From positions 3,232,001 to 3,296,000 of the forward strand of contig OY760907.1 in NCBI GenBank assembly GCA_963664195.1: a stretch of DNA of 64,000 nt, given 5' to 3'. Source of the stretch: an uncultured candidate division Zixibacteria bacterium. GTDB taxonomy: Bacteria > Zixibacteria > MSB-5A5 > GN15 > FEB-12. A model generated the notes under the pieces. That model worked only from the letters and a program-made list of their open reading frames with translations. It had not been told where the DNA came from and did not search any database. This document shows, in pieces, positions 1 to 8,017 of this stretch; position 1 is the stretch's first letter, and each line of letters begins with the position of its first letter. Position numbers and translations under genes: made by a program.

Positions 1-603
1 GAAGGTACTTTCAGGACCAACGTCAAACCGGCTGCCACGGGTGGTGGGGTGAGGATTCTCGATGGTTTCCCGGAAGCAGTCGAGGGTGAGCTGATCTTTT
101 GTCATCAGGACAGCCTCAACACTGACGGCATCTATCCCGGCAAGTACACGTACATTGACGACTTCACTCCAGAACAGCAGGCGGGAGTTGTGATGGAGAA
201 CTACGACACCGAGTTTGGCAAGCTGATCAACGAGGGTGATATCCTTGTCGGTGGATTCAATTTCGGCACCGGCTCCTCGCGCGAACAGGCTGCGACTGCT
301 CTGATGTATCGCGGCATCCGTCTTGTACTGGCTGGCTCGTTTTCTCAGACGTACAAGCGCAACGCAATCAACAACGGCTTCCTCGTGATCGAGGCACCGG
401 AACTGGTCAACGACTTGAAGAAGCGATTTGGCACTGACAAGCTCACGGTCAAGACTACTATCAAGGGCAAGATTGATTTTGCGAAGGCGACCCTTGATGC
501 CGACGGCAAAACGTATTCGCTGTCACCGGTGGGAGCAGCCGCACAGGAATTGGTCCTGACCGCCGGTCTTGAAAACTGGGTGAAGCAGAAGCTCGAAGAC
601 TAG
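1..603 (+). CDS. Homoaconitase (fungal Lys4/LysF type), C-terminal swivel domain; 5' truncated by window edge
   Basis: Frame open from base 1; motifs ELIFC..D..NTDGIYPGKYTY, MENYD, GFNFGTGSSREQAATAL match fungal homoaconitase C-terminus. Confidence 0.85.
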   Translation, partial: EGTFRTNVKPAATGGGVRILDGFPEAVEGELIFCHQDSLNTDGIYPGKYTYIDDFTPEQQAGVVMENYDTEFGKLINEGDILVGGFNFGTGSSREQAATALMYRGIRLVLAGSFSQTYKRNAINNGFLVIEAPELVNDLKKRFGTDKLTVKTTIKGKIDFAKATLDADGKTYSLSPVGAAAQELVLTAGLENWVKQKLED

Positions 604-638
604 TTACCTCGGGCCCGACCGGCCGTCTGTAATTCGTG

Positions 639-662
639 CTGTCAGACGACTCCGTCTGACAG
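639..662. terminator. Perfect 10-bp hairpin between convergent genes (terminator or REP-like)
   Basis: CTGTCAGACG-ACTC-CGTCTGACAG; no U-tract. Confidence 0.4.
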
Positions 663-727
663 TCGCGTGTGCCAGCAATTCGCGAGCGACAGGGTTCCAT
701 CCCGGTCGCTCTTTCTATCTCATAACG

Positions 728-2047
728 TTAGTGTGTCGAAATCCAATCTGCGATATCAGCGACAACAACACCTTCAACATGAGCCGAGGAATCAGCGTTG
801 TCGATAGTGAACAAGTGCCCCAGCTTCGGATATGATTTGCAGGTCACATCCTTGCGATCCGTAAGCTTGTCGTTCCAGATTTCGAAATCCACCATGCTTA
901 CCTGAAGATCGTTTTCGCCCTGCAATATCAACATCGGGACCTTGCATCCTATAGCCACGCTGGCAGGCGCGTATCCGCGCAGGTCCAGCCAATACGACGC
1001 ACAGACGCCCAATGGCAATGAAGCGGTGGGCGTCGAGTCCGTCAGTTCACTGCTTTTCACCCGCTCTATCTGACTTGTCAGCTCACCAAGATTGATCGGT
1101 GACTCGACTCCACCGGCAGTCGCCAGAGAATCCTGAAACGTGAGTTGCTCAAGCAGAATGTCTTCGAGGGGACGCGCCGCTCCGGCCAGTACCACCAGGC
1201 CCGCCAGTTGGTCGGTACGGCTGGCGATCCTCGGGGCAGCCATGCCGCCAAGAGAGTGCCCGATCATGAAAACGCGATCCCGATCGACATCAGGCCGTGC
1301 CGCTACGAACTCTATCGCCGACAGAGCGTCCTCCACCGTCTCCTCGTCAAGCGTGTATCTGTCACTGCTGGCGAATCGCTCACCATGCACCAGCGTACGT
1401 TTGTCGTAGGTCATGACGAGTATCCCCTGCGAAGCAAGCCCGGTCGCGAGATCACGGAACGGTTTGATATCGCCGACTGTCTCGTCGCGATCATTCGGGC
1501 CGGAGCCGTGCACCAGAATAACTGCCGGATGCGTCTCTCCCGTTGTTGGCACGTACAATGTTCCGGGCAATTTCCAGCCCTCGACTCCAAAAGTGAACTT
1601 CTCCGTGGCGTAGGCCGAAGGATCTGCGTAAGCAGCCGGACTCCACTCAACCTCAGCCTTTGCAGGTTGGAAAAACAACCCGGCGACCTTCAGATCAGGA
1701 TCATAAGCCACCCGTATGTCCAGAGCGGCGAACTCAAACTCAACCCTTACAAATACGACCTGATACTGACCGTGAGTTTCGGTCCTCGCGCCACCCTGCT
1801 TCTTGACATCCCCAACCTGGAGCAGAATCGAACGCCAGGTTTCCTCAAGGGTAGCAGCGGGCATCGCGGCCGTCATAGTTGAATCGAAGCCGGATGCCGC
1901 CGTAGTGAAATCTTCCTCTATCAACTGACCGACGAACTTCTCGGCTGCACCGACTGCGGGTGATTCAGCATCCTGTGCTGTCAACCACGGCGTCAGCAGA
2001 GTCAACAGCGCAATCGCCAGGGCGCTTCTACGAATTACAGATCCCAT
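728..2047 (-). CDS. Secreted alpha/beta hydrolase with N-terminal DUF3887-like domain
   Basis: Signal peptide; HGSGPNDRD, GHSLG nucleophile elbow, QGENDLQV, LGHLF. Confidence 0.85.
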   Translation of the reverse strand: MGSVIRRSALAIALLTLLTPWLTAQDAESPAVGAAEKFVGQLIEEDFTTAASGFDSTMTAAMPAATLEETWRSILLQVGDVKKQGGARTETHGQYQVVFVRVEFEFAALDIRVAYDPDLKVAGLFFQPAKAEVEWSPAAYADPSAYATEKFTFGVEGWKLPGTLYVPTTGETHPAVILVHGSGPNDRDETVGDIKPFRDLATGLASQGILVMTYDKRTLVHGERFASSDRYTLDEETVEDALSAIEFVAARPDVDRDRVFMIGHSLGGMAAPRIASRTDQLAGLVVLAGAARPLEDILLEQLTFQDSLATAGGVESPINLGELTSQIERVKSSELTDSTPTASLPLGVCASYWLDLRGYAPASVAIGCKVPMLILQGENDLQVSMVDFEIWNDKLTDRKDVTCKSYPKLGHLFTIDNADSSAHVEGVVVADIADWISTH

Positions 2048-2265
2048 GTTAATTCTCCCGTCTATTCATATTGCTCACGGCAGGTATTTGGCAGCATACT
2101 CATATTGCGGCGCACTATTCAACTGTTTTTCTCAACTTGCGCACCGGCTGGACACAAAACCTCGCCCTCCAGAAAACTCTTTTTGAAATCTGTTTTTCAC
2201 TGTACCTTGAGGACCCATACGCCGAATACGGCAAAAACCGGAACGCTAAATCGAGTAGACGAGAG

Positions 2266-3711
2266 ATGGCCAAGGACAAAAAGCAGAAGACAAAGCGCGT
2301 AAAACCACAGGTACTCAAGGGATTTCGTGACTATCCGCCGCAAGAGCACATAGCCCGCGACAAGATGGTCGGCAAACTCCGCGAGTCATGCGAACTCATG
2401 GGATTCCTGCCGCTGCAGACGGCTTCTCTGGAATACGCCGCCACTCTGCTTGGCTCGCACTACAACGAGGACTCGTTGTCCGAATTGTTCGGGTTTGCCG
2501 GCCCCGACGAGGTCGACATGGCCCTCCGCTATGAGTTCACCGTCTCGCTGGCCCGCTTCGTCGCGTCGCAGCCGAATCTCCCGCTGCCGTTCCGACGCTA
2601 TCAATTCGGCAACGTCTGGCGCGTGGACAAACCGGGACCGGGGCGTTTCCGCGAATTCATGCAGTTTGATATAGACATCGTTGGCACGAAGAATCTCTTG
2701 GCCGACGCCGAGATCATCGCGGCCATGGTCAACACGCTGGATCATCTTGGGATCGAGCGTTTCGAAGTCCGTTTCGCCAGTCGCAAGATTCTCAACGGCT
2801 TGATCGAATGGGCCGGCATTCCGACCGGCCGCGGCCCGGACGTCCTTCGCGTCCTTGACAAGTTTGAAAAACAGGGGCAGGACGCTGTCCTGCAGGAACT
2901 CGGGGGGGGGCGCATCGATGACTCCGGCGCCAAGATCGACGGTCTTCGTCTTGATAGCCCCCAGATCGACAAGATCAACGACTTCCTAAGCGAAGCCCTC
3001 TCTCACGGAGTCGACGACAAACTCGAATGGGCAACCAACAATCTCGCCGGTCTCAAACAGGCCGAGGAGGGGATTGCTGACCTTGCGACGATTCAGGATC
3101 ATCTGTCTCACCTGAATATTCCCAAAGACAAAGCTGATATCGACCTCACAATTGTCCGGGGTCTTGGCTACTACACCGGCACTGTGTACGAAACGACGCT
3201 GAAGGATCTTCCTGACTACGGCTCGGTCTTTTCGGGTGGCCGGTACGATAATCTTGTGGACCGTTTCCAGGGGCAGCAGGTGCCGGGGGTCGGTGCCTCG
3301 ATAGGTCTCGACCGCTTGCTCGCCGCTCTCATAGCTCTCGACAAAATCAAGTTGACCAGTGCCACGTCGAAAGTCCTTGTGACCGTCATGGACCGGGACC
3401 GGTTGCCGGATTACCTCAAGATTCTGGAGGAGCTGCGTTCCGTGGGAATCAATTCCGAAATCTATGTTGGAGACACGAAGAACCTGACAAAACAGGTCAA
3501 GTATGGCGACAAAGTCGGTATCCCGTTTGCAGTTATCGCCGGTTCAGATGAGTTCGAGGCCGGTCAGGTCACGGTCAAAAACCTTGCCGCCGGGGCCGAT
3601 GTCGCGGCCAACACGGCTGACCGCGAGGAATGGCTCAAAGCCGAGGGTTTCCAAGAGACAATCAAGCGTGATCGACTGATCGCTTATTTGCAGGAAGAAC
3701 TGGGGCGATAG
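2266..3711 (+). CDS. hisS: Histidine--tRNA ligase
   Basis: KGFRD, LRYEFT, GRFREFMQFDID, RGLGYYTG, GGRYD; start moved to ATG 2266. Confidence 0.96.
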   Translation: MAKDKKQKTKRVKPQVLKGFRDYPPQEHIARDKMVGKLRESCELMGFLPLQTASLEYAATLLGSHYNEDSLSELFGFAGPDEVDMALRYEFTVSLARFVASQPNLPLPFRRYQFGNVWRVDKPGPGRFREFMQFDIDIVGTKNLLADAEIIAAMVNTLDHLGIERFEVRFASRKILNGLIEWAGIPTGRGPDVLRVLDKFEKQGQDAVLQELGGGRIDDSGAKIDGLRLDSPQIDKINDFLSEALSHGVDDKLEWATNNLAGLKQAEEGIADLATIQDHLSHLNIPKDKADIDLTIVRGLGYYTGTVYETTLKDLPDYGSVFSGGRYDNLVDRFQGQQVPGVGASIGLDRLLAALIALDKIKLTSATSKVLVTVMDRDRLPDYLKILEELRSVGINSEIYVGDTKNLTKQVKYGDKVGIPFAVIAGSDEFEAGQVTVKNLAAGADVAANTADREEWLKAEGFQETIKRDRLIAYLQEELGR

Positions 3712-3747
3712 ACCGGGTCTCCAACTCCACCTCATAATCTCGATATT

Positions 3748-3771
3748 CGGGCGGGAGAAATCTCCCGCCCG
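3748..3771. terminator. GC-rich hairpin between convergent hisS and dockerin gene
   Basis: CGGGCGGGAG-AAAT-CTCCCGCCCG. Confidence 0.55.
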
Positions 3772-3791
3772 CTATCATCTCCCGCAGAAAA

Positions 3792-4637
3792 TTATTCGCA
3801 CTCAGGTCGACACAACTCGGTCGGTCCACCAGAACCGAACATATGATCAACCAGACGAGTAAGGTCGGAGATATTGACCTCACATTCAATGCTTCCGTCC
3901 GTATTCGCGGCTGAATGACAGGCAAGGGGATCACCCGACCCGAACATGTAGTCGACGAGCCTCGTCAAATCCGATATGTCCACCGCACCATCGGCATTGA
4001 CGTCGCCCGTAAATCCGTAGCAGCATCGGTCTGCATTCAGCGTGAGAATCGGATAGCAGAAATTGCGCGCCGGGTAGCCGTACGGAAAGGCAGCAAGGCC
4101 GTAGACGAAGTAATTCGAAAATATCTCTGCATCCAGACGATCGACTATTCCATCAATATTGAAGTCCAGATTGGATAAATCGCAGATCGGAGTAGCATCT
4201 CCGCTGAGACAACGATTCAACATCACCAGGTCTGCCGAACTCAAACCCATCCCGTCGCAGTTCGCGTCCGCGATGGCATTACCGATACAATGTGTCGTGA
4301 AGTTGTCGAAAAAGAAAATCGCCGTGGAATGGGGCACGGGATATCCTCCGTACGGGTCGAAGGCAGACATTCCGTTCTGGAAGTAGTCCAGAAAAATGAG
4401 AATGTCCAGCGTATCTGCCACACCGTCACCGTTGAAATCGGCATCCTCCTCGTTGACCGGTACCGCGATGTCCCCGTTGTTGGCTCGTATGAACACGCGA
4501 ATGTCATTGGTGGTGAGACAATCCCCATCCCCGTCAATGTCGCCCGTGGCGTAGTGGACACCTTGGGCGAACAGCGGGGAGGACAAGGCAAGAGCCAGCA
4601 GTGCGGTTAGCAACGTGATAGTGGCGTACTTCTTCAT
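3792..4637 (-). CDS. Secreted protein composed of three dockerin type I-like modules
   Basis: Signal peptide; paired Ca-loop motifs GDIDGDG/DFNGDG, DANCDG/DFNIDG, GDVNADG..ISDLT/NTDG..ISDLT; SD GAGGAGG. Confidence 0.85.
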   Translation of the reverse strand: MKKYATITLLTALLALALSSPLFAQGVHYATGDIDGDGDCLTTNDIRVFIRANNGDIAVPVNEEDADFNGDGVADTLDILIFLDYFQNGMSAFDPYGGYPVPHSTAIFFFDNFTTHCIGNAIADANCDGMGLSSADLVMLNRCLSGDATPICDLSNLDFNIDGIVDRLDAEIFSNYFVYGLAAFPYGYPARNFCYPILTLNADRCCYGFTGDVNADGAVDISDLTRLVDYMFGSGDPLACHSAANTDGSIECEVNISDLTRLVDHMFGSGGPTELCRPECE

Positions 4638-4708
4638 GAGATTACCTCCTCAGAATGTGAATGTATCGTCCGCATGTGCCCGACAACGCACACGCGGGCA
4701 CAGGCTAT

Positions 4709-5560
4709 CTACTCGCAAGGCAACCGGCACAACTCGGTCGGTGCGAATGTAATGAATAAATGGTCGATCAGTCGCGTCAAATCCCCCATGTCCACACTAC
4801 AACTGAGACTCCCATCAACATTACCGGCGGCAGGGCAATCCAGTGGCTCAAATGTATTGAACAGATGGTCGATCAGGATCGTCAGATCGCCCATATCCGC
4901 ACCCCCGTTTCCGTCGAGATCACCAGTGAAACCCGTGCAGCAGCGATCTGTATTAAGCACCAGAAGGGGATCACAGTAGTTGGAAACGGGATATCCACCG
5001 TAAGGTGCAAACACAGACATGCCGTCGATGAAGAAATCATGCAATATCTGATAGTCCTCTGCATCGACGATTCCGTCAGCGTTGAAGTCCGATTGATAGA
5101 GGTCGTTGGCCGGCCCAACCTCGCCGTTGAGCATTCTCTGCAGGTACGAGAGGTCCCCAACTGAGAGGTTCACAGAGTCCCCGTCGACATTGGCATATGC
5201 ATACCCGATGCAATGGGCGGTAATGGTATCGTAGGTGGGAAAGCTGCAATCCGTCGAACAGGGATACCCCCCGCAATTGTTGAAAGCGGCAAGCCCGTTT
5301 TCGTAATAGTCCAAAAAGACGAGCACATCATTGGTGTCCACTACCCAGTCGCCGTTGATATCAGAAAGATACGCATCGGAAGGTATGGCACCATCCTTGT
5401 TAAGAGCCTGGACCAGTATACGGAAATCTGTCCCGGTCAGGGGCTGTCCGTCACCATCCACATCTCCCGTAGCGTCACAGTACTGTTGTGCCTGGACAGG
5501 AACGACGAGTGCAAACAACATGAGCGCGGTAAACAGCGCGCCGCTAAAGCATCTTCTCAT
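4709..5560 (-). CDS. Secreted triple dockerin-like protein, paralog of 3792..4637
   Basis: Signal peptide; GDVDGDG/DINGD, NVDGD/DFNADG, GDLDGNG..MGDLT/NVDG..MGDLT; collinear with neighbour. Confidence 0.85.
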   Translation of the reverse strand: MRRCFSGALFTALMLFALVVPVQAQQYCDATGDVDGDGQPLTGTDFRILVQALNKDGAIPSDAYLSDINGDWVVDTNDVLVFLDYYENGLAAFNNCGGYPCSTDCSFPTYDTITAHCIGYAYANVDGDSVNLSVGDLSYLQRMLNGEVGPANDLYQSDFNADGIVDAEDYQILHDFFIDGMSVFAPYGGYPVSNYCDPLLVLNTDRCCTGFTGDLDGNGGADMGDLTILIDHLFNTFEPLDCPAAGNVDGSLSCSVDMGDLTRLIDHLFITFAPTELCRLPCE

Positions 5561-5813
5561 GAGATTACCTCCTCAGGTTCTGGGTCTATCGTCCATTAGT
5601 ATGCACCGGATTGCCCGGGCCGTGAGCGCTCCAAAAAACAATGCGATTGCGTAGTGCCTGAAGATGGTCCTGGTTGTCGGTGTGACTGTCCCTGCCAAAG
5701 AATACATACAGACCGGGCTGATGTCAATAGTAGAAGTGTGTGACGGGGGAGAGCGCGAGGCGCGGCAAAGAGCGAAAGAGAGGCGGGACCAGCGCCCGCC
5801 CCTCGAACGGAAA

Positions 5814-6173
5814 CTACAACCGAATGACATCTCTCTTCAAGGAGTGGAGGATGCCGAGGACTTCGTTTCTTGCATCTGCGGCGATGTTGTTCTTGTCGAG
5901 CGCGAGCATGACATCGTCAACCACTGCCAGAAACTCTTCCTCGCTGATGTTCATGCCCCGATGTGCCTCCTTCATATCCTTGCCGGTGTACTTCTGCGGT
6001 CCTCCACTTCCCATTCCGAAGAATTCCAGCGACAAACGATGGAGTTTGTCCGTGTCAGAGTCCTGAAACCGGGTTTTGATTGTCGGATTGTTCATGTGAT
6101 TGGTAATCACGTCCCGGACTATGCTGGACAGTCCTGACTCGCCACCAAGTCGTTCGTAAAGCGTGTCGCTCAT
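5814..6173 (-). CDS. Group 1 truncated hemoglobin (trHbN-like)
   Basis: TLYERLGG, GGPQKYTGKDMKEAHRGMNI. Confidence 0.92.
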   Translation of the reverse strand: MSDTLYERLGGESGLSSIVRDVITNHMNNPTIKTRFQDSDTDKLHRLSLEFFGMGSGGPQKYTGKDMKEAHRGMNISEEEFLAVVDDVMLALDKNNIAADARNEVLGILHSLKRDVIRL

Positions 6174-6409
6174 ACCGGCGTCCCTTCCTGTAGATTATGT
6201 TATTTGTCCTCTTGTGGCCGCGCCCTGACGATAAGACTGCGAGAAACGGCAAAGCAGGCGCGAACCAATACATGGACTACGTGGCTCGATGCCCGCCTGT
6301 TTGTGCCGTTTCTCGCGGCGCAGGTACCTGTTGCAGTCCCTTGCGCCAGGTATTACATTTACCACGGACCACTTGTTGAACCCGAACTGCTCTGAACAAG
6401 GAAACCGAT

Positions 6410-7165
6410 ATGCCGGCCAAATCTGTTTTCGAAATCTATGCCCGCGAATACGATCTGATGACCAATGCGGTCGCGCGCGAAAAGTATCACCAGAAGGAGG
6501 TACAGGCGTTGGTCGATCGGTTTCGTCCGCAATCAGTCCTCGATGCCGGTTGCGCTTCCGGACTCACCGCCCTGTTGTTTGCCCGACAGGGAGTCGAAAC
6601 CGTTGGATTGGATCGCTCTCGAGCAATGATAGAAGTCGCCAAAGATACCCGTGGCGACTCCTCGTTGCCCCTGAGTTTTCGGACCGGACGGTTTGAAAAA
6701 CTCCCCAAAACACTCACCAGTCGATTTGATTTGGTCGTCTGTCTTGCTAACTCGATAAGCGGTTTGGACAACATGCGCGACCTGCGAGTTGCCCTGAAGG
6801 GATTCTCGAGGGTTCTTCGCCCGGGCGGCACTCTTCTTCTACAGGCGCTCAATTATGCCTCGATCAAAGAGGGAGAGATATTCCCGATCAAGGCCACAAA
6901 CAACGACGGTATCATCTATACGCGCTACTCCCGCCGGGTTGGAAAGAGACTCGAGATCCATGTCACCAGACTCGACACCAACCAAGACCCGATGCAGTTT
7001 GAGCCGTTCTGCCATGAGTTTGACAACTTCACCGCCGACCAGGTGATAAAAACGGCAACATCGGCCGGATTTGTCAGGGTATCGAAATTCGCCGATCTCT
7101 ACTTGAAGAGAAAGTACTCGAAATCCTGCCGTGATCTGGTTCTGGTTTGCTCGAAATCGGGCTGA
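6410..7165 (+). CDS. Class I SAM-dependent methyltransferase (glycine/sarcosine N-methyltransferase-like)
   Basis: VLDAGCASG, GLDRS, FDLVVCLANS, LRPGG. Confidence 0.85.
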   Translation: MPAKSVFEIYAREYDLMTNAVAREKYHQKEVQALVDRFRPQSVLDAGCASGLTALLFARQGVETVGLDRSRAMIEVAKDTRGDSSLPLSFRTGRFEKLPKTLTSRFDLVVCLANSISGLDNMRDLRVALKGFSRVLRPGGTLLLQALNYASIKEGEIFPIKATNNDGIIYTRYSRRVGKRLEIHVTRLDTNQDPMQFEPFCHEFDNFTADQVIKTATSAGFVRVSKFADLYLKRKYSKSCRDLVLVCSKSG

Positions 7166-7231
7166 TTCGTTACACTGAACCGGGAAATCGCCGATAAGCG
7201 AACAAAGGGCTATGAACACAAGGAAGCGATT

Positions 7232-7966
7232 ATGATCGGGCTGATGAGTGCGCTGGACGAGGAATTGGTTAGGTTCTGCGATAAACTGGATTCCAAGAGG
7301 ACTGAAAAACACACCGGAATCGAGTTCCATCTCGGCTCAATGGCCGGGCAGGAAGTCGTTTTACTCAAGTGCGGTGTTGGAAAAGTGAACGCCGCGGTGG
7401 CCACCCAGATTCTGATCGACAGGTACGGTGTCGACAAGATCGTCTTCACCGGCCTGGCCGGATCGCTCGTGCCCCATGTCAAGCGGGGAGATGTGGTTAT
7501 CTCCAATTTCGTAGTCCAGCACGATGTTGACCTGACCGCCTTCGGCCGTCGCCACGGCCAACTCGGCGATACACTCAGAATGATCGAATCCGACCCGAAA
7601 CTGGTCCATGCTGCCGCAGATGCCTTCGAATCAGCATTGCCGCCCTCCGATGACTCACCACGACAAATGGTTGTCGGGACTATCGCAACCGGAGACTCTT
7701 TTGTCTCGGACCCGGACAAGATTCGCTGGCTCCAACGGGAGTTTGGTGCTGTCGCCACTGAAATGGAAGGCGCCGCGGTCGGACAGGTCTGCCAGATGAA
7801 CCGGGTGCCGTTTGTGGTCATCAGGGTTGTTTCAGACGGAGCCGGTGGCGGCGCAGCCGGTGAGTTCATCATGTTTCTCGATGAGGCGTCCGAAGTTTCG
7901 TTCAAAATAGTCGACGCTCTCCTGACCGGTTTTGGTGACCGGGTTGCAGAGACAAGCCGAAGCTAG
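7232..7966 (+). CDS. mtnN: 5'-methylthioadenosine/S-adenosylhomocysteine nucleosidase
   Basis: MSALDEE, GVGKVNAA, TGDSF, EMEGAA, RVVSD. Confidence 0.93.
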   Translation: MIGLMSALDEELVRFCDKLDSKRTEKHTGIEFHLGSMAGQEVVLLKCGVGKVNAAVATQILIDRYGVDKIVFTGLAGSLVPHVKRGDVVISNFVVQHDVDLTAFGRRHGQLGDTLRMIESDPKLVHAAADAFESALPPSDDSPRQMVVGTIATGDSFVSDPDKIRWLQREFGAVATEMEGAAVGQVCQMNRVPFVVIRVVSDGAGGGAAGEFIMFLDEASEVSFKIVDALLTGFGDRVAETSRS

Positions 7967-7978
7967 CGGTAATTGAAT

Positions 7979-8006
7979 TTGACACCAGTCCGAAAAATGA
8001 TATCTT
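7979..8006 (+). promoter_or_regulatory. Putative sigma-70 promoter with extended -10
   Basis: TTGACA-16 nt-TATCTT, with TG one base before the -10. Confidence 0.5.
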
Positions 8007-8017
8007 CTGCCATTACT

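Noticed and set aside
2071..2265. N-terminal extensions given by the ORF track (hisS, also trpF, trpB, aroB, lptD, rimO, 30347)
   Set aside because: Extensions overlap upstream genes or promoter regions; downstream ATGs match family N-termini or signal peptides
2902..2910. G9 homopolymer in hisS as a phase-variation tract
   Set aside because: In frame (Gly-Gly-Gly) in an essential gene
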